A stretch of 64,000 bases of DNA from Ignavibacteriales bacterium (GTDB taxonomy: Bacteria > Bacteroidota > Ignavibacteria > UBA10030 > UBA6906). Position numbers and translations under genes: made by a program. Below the pieces are notes generated by a model. That model saw only the letters and a program-made list of their open reading frames with translations. It was not told the origin of the DNA and ran no database searches. Shown one piece after another: positions 27,181-37,118 of this stretch (position 1 is the stretch's first letter; each line of letters starts with the position of its first letter). The stretch spans positions 1 through 64,000 of the forward strand of contig JBBIRR010000004.1 in assembly GCA_037441705.1 (NCBI GenBank), read 5' to 3'.

Positions 27181-28830
27181 CTATCGGACGAGCATCATCC
27201 GTCGAGAACGTGAATCGCCGCCGGCATTCAGGCGATACACGTACGCACCGCTCGGTAAATTCTCCGCGTCGAACCGAACAGAGTACGAGCCTGGCTGCAT
27301 GTAGCTCTCCACCAATCTTGCTACTTCTCTCCCGAGAATATCGTACACTCTGAGCGAGACGAATCCATATTCCTGGATCGTAAATCCGATTTGCGTGCTC
27401 GGGTTGAAGGGGTTCGGATAGTTCTGCTGGAGCGAAAATGCGAATGGCGTGCGGGACTCGGAAACGCTCGTGAGAACGGCAACTTCGATCGGATCGGAAT
27501 AGTGAAGTGTCCCATCCAGATCAATCTGCTTCAGGCGATAATACCAGACCCCCGGCGACGTTATTCGATCCACGAATGTATAAAAGTGCGGTTCCAGCGT
27601 TGTGCCGTGACCAGGAATGAAGCTGTTGGGAATGGTGATGAAGTTGTTCGTGCGTTCCCGCGATTTCTGCACTTCGAATCCATAGTTGTTGATTTCGGAG
27701 ATCGTCGTCCAATCCAATCGCACGGAGTTGTCGGGTTGGACGTGCGCTGTGAAGCTTGCCAGTTGCACCGGAAGCGGCGGCGCCAATGGCGTGATCGTCA
27801 CGTTGCCAAACTCTGCGTCCACGTGATGCGACAGCAGTAGCACCGATCCGTGTTGCGGATCGCTCAAGGATTGTTGTCCTTGCAGCGTCCAGTTCGCCGG
27901 CTCGCTCTGCCCGACCGGCCACACTTTCACTTTGTACAACCCGCCGACGCCGGAGACCGTCTCGACACGCATCTTGAAGTAGTACCAAACATTGGATGAA
28001 AGAATCGAACCTGCGTCTCCCAGGCTGCTGAGGCCGTTGCCAAGCAACTCAAAACGAGGCGGAACATTCGGGTCAATCCAGTCCCAATGATACCACGCAA
28101 TGGCGCCCAGGGGAAGGTATCCCGACTTTGGCTGCCAGCCTGCCAGTGGCGTATCGGTGTGTCCGGTCCAACGAAACAGAAGTCCTACCCCGGGTCCGTT
28201 GCTCGGATTGCCGAAGCCTCCAACGGTGTCGATGCTGTAAAAGATGATCGGAACAGTTACCTCGTAATCGGTCCACAGCCGATCGCCGATAGCGATCAGG
28301 CGATCGTAGCCTAAGTACGTGGGACGTACCGTGCTGTCGGTCAGAGTCCAGTGTCCGTCAACCACTTGTGCGACACTTTGAATGGACGATGCAGAACTCC
28401 AGTCGACGGTGTAGCTGCCGGGCCAGATGTTTCCGGCAGTATACTGGACGGTGACTGTTTGCGTGGTTGTCTCGTTCAACGTATTGGTTGCGGTAATGAG
28501 GACCGTGTTCGATCCGTTATTGAGATCGTCGGTGTTGATATCGATGTTGAAATCGCCGGGCTGAAGGAGCCGTCTCGTATCGGGGCCGCTGGAAAGCGTA
28601 CGCGGCGATCCGCCGTTGAGCGTGTACGAAAGACTCTGGATGCCGTTTGGATCGGAGACGTTGCCGAGGATGTTGATTGCCGTTTGCGGATTGCCGAGCT
28701 GGCCGAACGACTGGTTGAGTCCATACCACACGGTGATGGTCGGTCCGGCGGCAAGCGCAACGGAAGCGGCACAGATCAAAAAAATACTCGCCGGCATCAG
28801 CCGGAGGAGGAAAGATGGTAGTACGTTCAT
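27181..28830 (-). CDS. T9SS-secreted protein with Ig-like and ConA/lectin-like domains and a PLPVQLASF module
   Basis: Start moved to ATG at 28830 (AAGGA RBS). Signal peptide, PLPVQLASF…NNYGFEVQK…YRLKQIDLDG module, QNYPNPFNP CTD. Confidence 0.8.
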   Translation of the reverse strand: MNVLPSFLLRLMPASIFLICAASVALAAGPTITVWYGLNQSFGQLGNPQTAINILGNVSDPNGIQSLSYTLNGGSPRTLSSGPDTRRLLQPGDFNIDINTDDLNNGSNTVLITATNTLNETTTQTVTVQYTAGNIWPGSYTVDWSSASSIQSVAQVVDGHWTLTDSTVRPTYLGYDRLIAIGDRLWTDYEVTVPIIFYSIDTVGGFGNPSNGPGVGLLFRWTGHTDTPLAGWQPKSGYLPLGAIAWYHWDWIDPNVPPRFELLGNGLSSLGDAGSILSSNVWYYFKMRVETVSGVGGLYKVKVWPVGQSEPANWTLQGQQSLSDPQHGSVLLLSHHVDAEFGNVTITPLAPPLPVQLASFTAHVQPDNSVRLDWTTISEINNYGFEVQKSRERTNNFITIPNSFIPGHGTTLEPHFYTFVDRITSPGVWYYRLKQIDLDGTLHYSDPIEVAVLTSVSESRTPFAFSLQQNYPNPFNPSTQIGFTIQEYGFVSLRVYDILGREVARLVESYMQPGSYSVRFDAENLPSGAYVYRLNAGGDSRSRRMMLVR

Positions 28831-28959
28831 GAGTCCTTTTATGATTGTTCGTTTCCCGTCCGAAGTACTGCGGGCCGGATGTGATTTCGAGAGGCGCAAA
28901 ACACGTCAACCCCGCGGCGGGATCGCGAGGTTGACGGCGGTTCGCTGTGTGGCGTTCCG

Positions 28960-30270
28960 TTACTTCATCAACACCATATGCCTCGTTTGTGTAAAGCCCG
29001 CGGCATCGAGTCGGTAGAAATAGACACCGCTTGGTGCATTGCTCGCATTCCACGTTACGGAATGTTGGCCGGGCTGCCTTACTTCATTCACCAGCGTTGC
29101 GACTTCGCGGCCAAGTACGTCGAATACTTTCAGCGACACGATTCCAGCATCCCGAACCGAGAATCCTATAGTTGTGCTCGGGTTGAACGGGTTTGGATAA
29201 TTCTGCTCCAGCATGAACGCTGCAGGTTCGCCGGTGTTGTCAACTCCTGTCGGTACAGAAATCGCAATCGGCTCTGAGTAGTGTACTGTTGCGTCAAGAT
29301 CGATTTGCTTGAGGCGATAGCGCCAATCGCCCGGCGTTGTCGTCGGGTCGGTGAACGTGTACCAGTGCGGCTCGAGTGTCGTTCCGTGGCCCGGCACGAA
29401 GCTGTTTTCGATCGTCTGAAAGGGGCCCACGTCACCCAAACGCTTTTGCACCTCGAACCCGTAGTTGTTCGTTTCGGAGATCGTCATCCAGTCCAGGCGG
29501 ACCAGGTTGTCGGGCGCGAGGCGCGCGCTGAAACTTGCCAGCTGAACCGGAAGCGGTGCTTCGGTCCTGAAATAGTCAACGAGTCCGGTAAACGCCGGCG
29601 CCGATGTATCGCCCGGCGGCTGGACGGAATCGGAATTTGCGGCATAGACCGCAACCGAGTCGACATTCATGTGATGAATAGCCGTGTCCACCTTAATCCA
29701 CGGTCCGCCTTCGCTGGTCTTGTAGTATTGTGTGAAGACGCTGTCGGCGCGATCCAATCGAACAAGCAACGGCGTCGTGCCGAGCGGTACGCCCTCCAGC
29801 AGATGATCCTTGCGCGAAGCGTAGTTGCCGTCGTTGTCAAACGTATAGAGAAGCGCACGCAGTCCTGAACTGTCGCTGTAGATTTCGCATCGGACGTAAT
29901 TCTTGTCATCCTGAATTGCCATCACCCCCTGAATCTGATATTGCCGCGTTTGAACGCCATCGAACTTTGCGTAGATACCGAAGTCGCCGACATCCGATCC
30001 CGGAGGTCCCACGCGCTGAACAAGCCTCGGTGCGCGGTTACCTCCCTGGCCTGAGGAGACCGGATCGCGCGATAATCCCAGCGGTATATCAATGACGGCG
30101 TGTGAGTCCGTCATGCTCTGTGTGCAGCCGCCGCGCGGATCGACAAAGATCCAAAACGTATCAAGGGTGGTGTTGAACTCACTCTGCCGGATTCCCTGTG
30201 CGAGGCTCAGGGCCGGAAGGAACAGGAGCAATGAGCAGACCTTGACGAAAACGGTATTGCGTTTTTTCAT
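28960..30270 (-). CDS. T9SS-secreted DUF1349-like (ConA-fold) protein with a PLPVQLASF module
   Basis: Start moved to ATG at 30270 (AAGGGGA RBS, MKKRNT signal peptide). NRAPRLVQ…DFGIYAKFD…QIQGV…VRLDR…FTGLVDYFR, then QNYPNPFNP CTD. Confidence 0.8.
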   Translation of the reverse strand: MKKRNTVFVKVCSLLLFLPALSLAQGIRQSEFNTTLDTFWIFVDPRGGCTQSMTDSHAVIDIPLGLSRDPVSSGQGGNRAPRLVQRVGPPGSDVGDFGIYAKFDGVQTRQYQIQGVMAIQDDKNYVRCEIYSDSSGLRALLYTFDNDGNYASRKDHLLEGVPLGTTPLLVRLDRADSVFTQYYKTSEGGPWIKVDTAIHHMNVDSVAVYAANSDSVQPPGDTSAPAFTGLVDYFRTEAPLPVQLASFSARLAPDNLVRLDWMTISETNNYGFEVQKRLGDVGPFQTIENSFVPGHGTTLEPHWYTFTDPTTTPGDWRYRLKQIDLDATVHYSEPIAISVPTGVDNTGEPAAFMLEQNYPNPFNPSTTIGFSVRDAGIVSLKVFDVLGREVATLVNEVRQPGQHSVTWNASNAPSGVYFYRLDAAGFTQTRHMVLMK

Positions 30271-30292
30271 AGTATTTTCCCCTTTTGATACA

Positions 30293-31585
30293 TCAACCTG
30301 CGACAGTCTTGGAAAGCCTCCCTTCATAGGATATCGGCGTTTCCGCGTCGGAACAAGAGTCGAGCACCGTCGGCTCCGGGAGCGGAAGAATGAACCTGCC
30401 GCCGCGTCGTCGGTACTCCGCCTGCTGGCGCATAATCTCGTCCGCAAAGTTCCATGCGAGGATAAGAACGAAGTCGGGCATGTCTTCGATCAGCCGTGAA
30501 GGCGGAGCGATCGGAATCCGATTTCCGGCCATCAGCCGCCCGTGCTTGAACGGGTTCATATCCACGATATAATCAAGATGGCGACGGTCAATCCCGACGT
30601 AGGCCATCAGCGTCGCGGCCTTCGCTGCGGCGCCATATCCGACGATTCGTTTCCCGCCTTCCCTCAGCTCCGTGATCAATTCGTACAACCGCGATTTGAG
30701 CGCACGAACACGCTCTGCGAACCGAACGTAAAACCCCAACGAGTCGAGCCCGCGACGCTTCTCCTCTTCCATTATCTCGTCGACAATCGCTTCGCGGCGA
30801 AGCACATGCTCAACAAACAGGCGGAGCGAGCCGCCATGCACCGACAGACGCTCGACCCGGTTGAGGAACAGTCCGTGCCTGCGGAACAAACCGTCAAGCG
30901 ATGTCACCGAAAAGTAGCAAAGATGCTGGTGATAGATTGTGTCGAATTCCACACGGTCAACCAGGTCGGCCACATAGGGGACTTCAATGACCGCGACGCC
31001 TGTCGGCTTCAAGAGGAGCTTTATTCCTGCGACAAAGCCGTTAAGGTCCGGAACATGTGCAAGGACGTTGTTGGCAAGGAAAACGTCTGCCATTCGTCCT
31101 TCACTCTTCAAAGATTTGGCCAAGTCCTTGGTAAAGAAGGTGTTGAGCGTGGGAATCCCCTTGGTGACCGCTACGCGTGCAGGGCCTTCGGCCGGGTCGA
31201 TGCCGAGAACGGGTAGTCCCGCAGCCGCGAAGTGCTTCAACATATAGCCGTCGTTGCTTGCCGCCTCAATTATAAGAGCGGAGGAATCGAGCTTTCGCGT
31301 TGCGATGATGCGTCGGGCGCTCGTCTCAAAATGAGCCATCAAGGACGGGGAAACGGAGGAAAAGTAGGGATAGTCCCGACAGAACAGTATTTCGGGCGGG
31401 ACAGATTCGGTTATTTGAACCAGACTGCAGTGCGGACAAAACACAAGCTCCAGCGGGGCCATGATGTCCGGCTCTGCCTGCTTGTCCGGATGAACCAGGG
31501 CATCCGCTAACGGTGTCATGCCGAAGTCGATAATCTCTTGCACTCCGGCACGGCCGCATGATCTGCACACAAGGCCGCTGTTCAT
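30293..31585 (-). CDS. NDP-hexose C3-methyltransferase-like (TylCIII/TcaB9/NovU family)
   Basis: CRSC…[54 protein letters not shown]. Confidence 0.9.
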   Translation of the reverse strand: MNSGLVCRSCGRAGVQEIIDFGMTPLADALVHPDKQAEPDIMAPLELVFCPHCSLVQITESVPPEILFCRDYPYFSSVSPSLMAHFETSARRIIATRKLDSSALIIEAASNDGYMLKHFAAAGLPVLGIDPAEGPARVAVTKGIPTLNTFFTKDLAKSLKSEGRMADVFLANNVLAHVPDLNGFVAGIKLLLKPTGVAVIEVPYVADLVDRVEFDTIYHQHLCYFSVTSLDGLFRRHGLFLNRVERLSVHGGSLRLFVEHVLRREAIVDEIMEEEKRRGLDSLGFYVRFAERVRALKSRLYELITELREGGKRIVGYGAAAKAATLMAYVGIDRRHLDYIVDMNPFKHGRLMAGNRIPIAPPSRLIEDMPDFVLILAWNFADEIMRQQAEYRRRGGRFILPLPEPTVLDSCSDAETPISYEGRLSKTVAG

Positions 31586-32632
31586 CTACGCCCTCACCAA
31601 TTCTTCAACTCTCCATCGCAGGGAAGCGGTAAGCGCTCCCGTTTCGATCAGATGGCGAATGTGGTCGATTCGTTTGAAGCGCTTGCCTTCAAAATCCTCC
31701 AGACGCACGCCGGCCTGACGGTAAGCATCGTACAGTTCTCTGGCGCCTTTCCGCACATCCCACTGCGGACGGAAGTTCGGAAGGGCTTGCAGAATTCTTC
31801 GTCCATCAACTCGATAATTCCGTTTATCAGGAGCGGCATCGGGCGCGAAGACAATCTCGCAGCCGGGGACCGTCTCGCGGACGATCTCGGCAAGCTCTCG
31901 CACGCGATAGTTCTCCTCCGTGCGGCAGACGTTGAACGCCTTGTTGTGGACAGTCTCTCGCGGTGCACGCAGCACGGCGACAAACGCGCGGCAAATGTCC
32001 TCGACGTGGACAAGAGGTCTCCACGGTGTTCCATCGCTCTTGATGAGGACTTTTCCTGTAGTAAAGGCCCACGCTACCAGATTATTCAAGACCAGGTCGA
32101 ATCGCAGCCGAGGCGAAACGCCGTATGCCGTCGCATTGCGAAGGAATGTGGGACTGAATCGCTCATCCGCCAGAAGTGAGACATCGCGTTCCACGCGGAC
32201 TTTAGAGGCGCCATACGGAGTGACGGGATGGAACGCCGAGTCTTCGTCTAACAACGCATTACCGCTTGCGCCATACGTGCTGCACGATGAGGAGAAGAGA
32301 AACCGTTGGACGCCGACCTCTTTGGCGATTCGGGCAAGGCGGACAGAAGCGTGATGATTGATCTGATAGGTGAGTGTCGGATTGAGATCGCCTAACGGAT
32401 CGTTGGAAAGGCCGGCGAGGTGGATGACGGCATCGAACCCCTCGAGGTCCTGCGGCGCGACGTCACGCACGTCCATGCGCATCTCCGGGATTTCGATCAT
32501 GCCGTCGCGAAATGTACAGCGCTGAAACAGATCGCTGTCCAGACCGACAACCTCATACCCCTCGCGGATCAACATCGGAACGAGAACTGCGCCGATGTAG
32601 CCGCGATGTCCGGTGACCAGAACTCTCGTCAA
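31586..32632 (-). CDS. NAD-dependent epimerase/dehydratase (extended SDR)
   Basis: Probable TTG start at 32632 (AAGGGG RBS). [28 protein letters not shown] and YGASK. Confidence 0.9.
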   Translation of the reverse strand: MTRVLVTGHRGYIGAVLVPMLIREGYEVVGLDSDLFQRCTFRDGMIEIPEMRMDVRDVAPQDLEGFDAVIHLAGLSNDPLGDLNPTLTYQINHHASVRLARIAKEVGVQRFLFSSSCSTYGASGNALLDEDSAFHPVTPYGASKVRVERDVSLLADERFSPTFLRNATAYGVSPRLRFDLVLNNLVAWAFTTGKVLIKSDGTPWRPLVHVEDICRAFVAVLRAPRETVHNKAFNVCRTEENYRVRELAEIVRETVPGCEIVFAPDAAPDKRNYRVDGRRILQALPNFRPQWDVRKGARELYDAYRQAGVRLEDFEGKRFKRIDHIRHLIETGALTASLRWRVEELVRA

Positions 32633-32664
32633 GCGATTCCCCTTGAAGATACGTTCATTGCCCT

Positions 32665-33438
32665 TCAATCGTCCCACACCTTCCATGGGGCGTTGCCGCG
32701 TGCCCAGAGCTCTTCCAACAGTTTCTTGTCTCTGAGCGTGTCCATGCACTGCCAGAAGGATGTATGCTTGTACGCCATCAGCTGACCGTCGGCGGCGAGG
32801 CGTTCCATCGGTTCTTTTTCCCACTGCGTGTTGTCGCCTTCGATGTAGTCGAAGATGCCGGGCTCGAGCACGAAGAAGGCACCGTTAATCCAGCCCTCTG
32901 CCGTTTGCGGTTTTTCTTCGAACGAGGCAACGCGGTCGCCTTCGAATGTCAGATGACCGAAGCGCGCAGGAGGACGAACCGCGGTTAGCGTTGCCAGCTT
33001 CCCGTGGGAGCGATGGAACGCGAGAAGTTCGCGCAAGTTCACATCCGATATTCCGTCACCCCACGTGAGCATGAACGTTTCGTTCCCAAGATACGGCTGC
33101 AAGCGCTTGATGCGCCCACCGGTGAGCGTCGCGATTCCCGTGTCGACAAGCTCAACATTCCAATCCGGACGAAAACCGCTTTGCATGTCGATCTTTCCGG
33201 TCCGAAGATTGACTTTCAGGTTGCCGTTCAGCGCGGCGTAGTCCACCATGTACTTTTTGATTTGCTCTCCCTTATAGCCGAGAGCGATAACGAAATCCTT
33301 GAACCCGTAGAACGCGTAGAGCATCATGATGTGCCAGAGAATAGGCTTGCCCCCGACTTCCACCATAGGTTTGGGTTTGATTTCCGTTTCTTCGGCGAGT
33401 CGGCTGCCCACGCCCCCTGCGAGAATTGCGACCTTCAT
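32665..33438 (-). CDS. rfbF: Glucose-1-phosphate cytidylyltransferase
   Basis: [30 protein letters not shown]…[26 protein letters not shown]. Confidence 0.93.
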   Translation of the reverse strand: MKVAILAGGVGSRLAEETEIKPKPMVEVGGKPILWHIMMLYAFYGFKDFVIALGYKGEQIKKYMVDYAALNGNLKVNLRTGKIDMQSGFRPDWNVELVDTGIATLTGGRIKRLQPYLGNETFMLTWGDGISDVNLRELLAFHRSHGKLATLTAVRPPARFGHLTFEGDRVASFEEKPQTAEGWINGAFFVLEPGIFDYIEGDNTQWEKEPMERLAADGQLMAYKHTSFWQCMDTLRDKKLLEELWARGNAPWKVWDD

Positions 33439-33443
33439 GGGAG

Positions 33444-34388
33444 CTATCTGGCCTCCGATTGAGAGAGGGAGGGAAACAGCGATTTGATACGCGAGCCTGT
33501 TCGTGGGGGAACTGTGAACCTGTCCAGCAGTCGTCCCCAGCGTGCCGGATCGAGATACATTCTGGCGTAGAAGAGGAGGAGGTAAAAGAAGCAGTATGCT
33601 CGTTGAGAGAATGTGAGCGAGACGCGTCTGAGTGATCTGATGTACTCGATGAAGCGCCGCAGGCGCGTGAAGCGTCCGCCCGATGCCGGATCGAACCAGC
33701 GCGCGATCTCGCGCTTTGAGCGGCAGGCAAAGGTGGACACGGCCGGGTGGAATCGCCGAAGGAATAATCGTTCGGGCACTTCGGCAATCTCACCGAGCAG
33801 GGCTAACTCGCCCAAAAGTACCCGATCGGAGGATTCGTATGGCCCGATGCCCGGGGTCCTTCGCAAAGCCTTCAGGCGCATCACTCCGAACACCGCATTG
33901 CAGTCGAGCGGCGTTCGAGTGAAGCGCTTGTATCGGCGATGCGCTTCCGCGTCTCTGATGTTGTAGTGATCTTCAAAGGTGTTGTCAAGAAGCTCACCCC
34001 TGGGTCCGATGATAATGGTCTTCGGGTACGCCAGGACGACGCTCGGTTCCCGCTCCAGCACCTCCACACACGATTCGATGAATGTCGGGTCGCACAGATC
34101 ATCGTAAGCCGACCATTTGAAGTACACGCCGCGGGCGTACTCCATGGTCAGATTATAGTTGCGCGCCGCGCCGAGATTCCGTGGGTTGCGAACGTAGCGG
34201 ATGCGGGAATCCTTTGCAGCATATTTCCGGCAAATCGCTTCGGTCGCGTCCGTCGACGCATTGTCGGAAATGATGATCTCGATGTTTGGGTACGTTTGGG
34301 AAAGAAGTGAGTCCAGCGTCTCGGCAAGGTACTTCTCTCCGTTATAAACCGGCAGGCCGATGCTAACAAGCGGAACAGTGTGATTCAT
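33444..34388 (-). CDS. Glycosyltransferase family 2
   Basis: VSIGLPVYNGEKYL, IISDNASTD, NLGAARNYN, YFKWSAYDD. Confidence 0.92.
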   Translation of the reverse strand: MNHTVPLVSIGLPVYNGEKYLAETLDSLLSQTYPNIEIIISDNASTDATEAICRKYAAKDSRIRYVRNPRNLGAARNYNLTMEYARGVYFKWSAYDDLCDPTFIESCVEVLEREPSVVLAYPKTIIIGPRGELLDNTFEDHYNIRDAEAHRRYKRFTRTPLDCNAVFGVMRLKALRRTPGIGPYESSDRVLLGELALLGEIAEVPERLFLRRFHPAVSTFACRSKREIARWFDPASGGRFTRLRRFIEYIRSLRRVSLTFSQRAYCFFYLLLFYARMYLDPARWGRLLDRFTVPPRTGSRIKSLFPSLSQSEAR

Positions 34389-34635
34389 GAAATCCCCCCA
34401 AGGGAGAGCAGCAAACCTGACAGAAATATAAGGAGACGATCTCTCATTTTCACTATGGTCAAGAAAAGCTTTTGTGCGGCTGCGAACAAATTTAAACTAT
34501 TGCGCACCAAGTCTGCTTGACGCTCATCAAGCGTCAGTGACTGATGTTTGTTCAATACCGGGGGATGAGACTACTTTTGTTTGATGGAAAGAACGGAGGA
34601 TGTGCTTGAGACCCGATGTCTCCGGCGCCTCAGGC

Positions 34636-35664
34636 TCAGCGAGGTCGCTTCAGGAACGGCTCCCAGTAATCAAGATCAAGCACAACACTTGGGTCGTTCG
34701 TCGGTTGTCCGTGGGTGCCGTCGTCAAGCTGGAGCGAGTCGAGGGACGCCTGCGAACGATTCTTGACGGCTACGAGGCGCAGTCGTAACAGTCCTGCAAT
34801 GGGATTCGCGTCGACCTTGTCAACTACTTCGGTGAAACAGGAGAGCCGATCCCCGGCGAAGACGGGATTCGGGTGTGCGCCGCGGTTGATTGCAACGAGA
34901 CCGAGTCTGTTCTCCAGCCCGTGGAATGCCAGCGCGTACGCTATCGAGATTGTATAGCCGCCGAACACGACCGGCGCGGGATGAGGCGGGATCGCTTCGA
35001 CATGCAGCAGCGCCGCATTCTGATACAACCGCGTAAAGGTCACATGATCGGAATCGTTGATGGGCATGCTGCCCCGATGGACGATCCGCTCCCCAACATG
35101 ATAATCCTCGAAAAAGAAACTCCCGCCCGTCACCTGATGGTAACATTGGTCGGGAGAGTGCAACGTGAGCCTCTCGGGTGCCAGCGTGGGCGTGAAACGG
35201 GGAATGACCGGCGCACTCAAGTAGGGGGTTGCATTCTCCCTATTCTTTCTCACCATCACCCAGCGGACATACTCCACCACCACTTCGTTCCATTGGTTTC
35301 GCCCAGTGGTCTTCACGTACACGATGCCGTCGCGTCGGCTGCTGTTTTCTTTCAGCCCGATAACCGTTGCCGTGGTTCGGATCGTGTCGCCAATGTGGAC
35401 GGCTTGTTTCCATGACAGCTCCGCGTATCCCAGATTCGCTACGGCGTTCAGGGAAATCGGCCGCACGGTCTGGCTCAGCACCGTGTGGAAAACGATGAGT
35501 GGGTGGATATGATTGTGGGCGTCGCAGAAGCGTGGCGTACGATCGCCCGTGAGCGCGATGTATGCCACGCGGTCTGCATTGGTGAGGACTCTCGGTGTAG
35601 GGCACTCGAAAGTTTGCCCTACGTAAAAATCTTCAAAGAAATTCTGAACAGCGCCTTTGTTCAT
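34636..35664 (-). CDS. mch: Mesaconyl-CoA (2-methylfumaryl-CoA) hydratase-like double hot-dog MaoC protein
   Basis: Start moved to ATG at 35664. NFFEDF, ISLNAVANLGYAE, VIGLKENS…GIVYVKTTGRNQ…YVRWVMVRK, RLYQN…H, and C-terminal LDLDYW all match my recollection of Mch. Confidence 0.75.
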   Translation of the reverse strand: MNKGAVQNFFEDFYVGQTFECPTPRVLTNADRVAYIALTGDRTPRFCDAHNHIHPLIVFHTVLSQTVRPISLNAVANLGYAELSWKQAVHIGDTIRTTATVIGLKENSSRRDGIVYVKTTGRNQWNEVVVEYVRWVMVRKNRENATPYLSAPVIPRFTPTLAPERLTLHSPDQCYHQVTGGSFFFEDYHVGERIVHRGSMPINDSDHVTFTRLYQNAALLHVEAIPPHPAPVVFGGYTISIAYALAFHGLENRLGLVAINRGAHPNPVFAGDRLSCFTEVVDKVDANPIAGLLRLRLVAVKNRSQASLDSLQLDDGTHGQPTNDPSVVLDLDYWEPFLKRPR

Positions 35665-35854
35665 TGTGCCAGATGGTCTCAACACAGAACAGGTCTGCAG
35701 GAACTCTAACCAATTTCGGAATGAAAAGTCAAGGCAAGCCTGCGCGTAACCCAACCTCGGGGGAAAGCAACACCGTGCTCAAAGGTATGAAACGTGACGG
35801 CGAATGCCGTGATGCTTGCCACGCATTGGTGACCCGCCAAGCTGAACGCGTTGT

Positions 35855-35883
35855 TTGTATTTCACAGCGTGATTGGGTATATT
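35855..35883 (+). promoter_or_regulatory. sigma70-type promoter of the TPR/DUF3467 unit
   Basis: TTGTAT-17 nt-TATATT. Confidence 0.5.
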
Positions 35884-35926
35884 TTTGTCGTTCTCTTCCC
35901 CACAACTTTTTTGATCAGGAGTGATT

Positions 35927-37096
35927 ATGAAACGGTATGCTCCCCTCATCGTGCTGATCTGCGCGGCGGCCTTTGTCTCGTCGGCAGCAGCTCAATATCT
36001 CACCTCGGCAAAGCTCTACTTACGCCAGCGAGAGTTTGCCCAAGCTGAAGCAAGCGCTCTGAGGGCCGTTGCGAAGGACTCCACAGATGAGGAAGCGTGG
36101 TACGTCCTCGGACAGGTTCGCTACGAGTTGAGAAAGTATCCCGAAATGATTCAGGCGTTTGACAGGGCGGCGGCGATCGATCCAAAGGAACACGCCAAGG
36201 AGATTTACAACTACCGGATGAAAGTATGGGCCGATTCGTACAACGCGGGCATCAAGTACTACAATAAGGGCCGCGACACGGCATCGTATTTTGCCACCGC
36301 GGTGGATTCTTTCAAGACGGCCATCCTTGCTCAACCGGACAGTGCGTCGACGTACTATGTGTGTGCGCTGGCGCTCTACGCCAACGGCCAGATCGACGAA
36401 GCGATCGCGACGCTCAACAAAGGGCTGGAAAAGAAAGCCGCGTTTCCCGACGCATTGAGTCTGTTGGGAAGGCTGCACATGCGCGTTGCGCAGGCGAAGT
36501 TGGATGAGCAGGACTCTCTGGGCGCGCATCAGCAGTATGCCAGCGCCGTCGGAGCCTTCGAGAAACTCTACGAGCTCGATCGGACGGATGTCTCGAACGT
36601 TATGAATCTGCTCGAGGTGTATGAGAAGGCAAAAATGGACGAGAAGGCTTTGAGCCTGACGAAAAACTGCGCCGACGCCGACCCCAAGAACCGGCTCTGC
36701 CGCTACGCCTACGGCCTGTATCTCATCAAGAAGGAACAGTATGAGCAGGGCATCAAAGAATTAGAGACGATGCTGGCAATCGATCCCACGGCGAAGGACG
36801 ATCTGTATAGGGATGCGATGTACAATCTCGGCGTCGCCTATCAAAACTGGGGCGTCGCGCTCAAAGCAGCCTCCGACAAGCGAGTGGAGGAAAGCAAAGG
36901 CAAGGTCAAGGAAGATCTGACGTATAAGGAGAGATTCAAGTCTGCTCTGGCCGCATTTCAAAAAGTGGAAGAACTGAAGAAAGACGACCCGGCACTCTAT
37001 CAAGCGCTCGGTAAGCTCTATGCAACCTTGAATATGCCCAAGGAAGCTGAAGCGGCATTCAAGAATGCAGACCGCTTGCTGAACGAAGGCAAGTGA
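35927..37096 (+). CDS. Periplasmic tetratricopeptide repeat protein
   Basis: Signal peptide (AAA-Q) and multiple TPR helices (AWYVLGQVRY, AMYNLGVAY, LYQALGKLYA). AGGAG RBS. Confidence 0.88.
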   Translation: MKRYAPLIVLICAAAFVSSAAAQYLTSAKLYLRQREFAQAEASALRAVAKDSTDEEAWYVLGQVRYELRKYPEMIQAFDRAAAIDPKEHAKEIYNYRMKVWADSYNAGIKYYNKGRDTASYFATAVDSFKTAILAQPDSASTYYVCALALYANGQIDEAIATLNKGLEKKAAFPDALSLLGRLHMRVAQAKLDEQDSLGAHQQYASAVGAFEKLYELDRTDVSNVMNLLEVYEKAKMDEKALSLTKNCADADPKNRLCRYAYGLYLIKKEQYEQGIKELETMLAIDPTAKDDLYRDAMYNLGVAYQNWGVALKAASDKRVEESKGKVKEDLTYKERFKSALAAFQKVEELKKDDPALYQALGKLYATLNMPKEAEAAFKNADRLLNEGK

Positions 37097-37118
37097 CACT
37101 TACCGAAAAGGAACGTCC

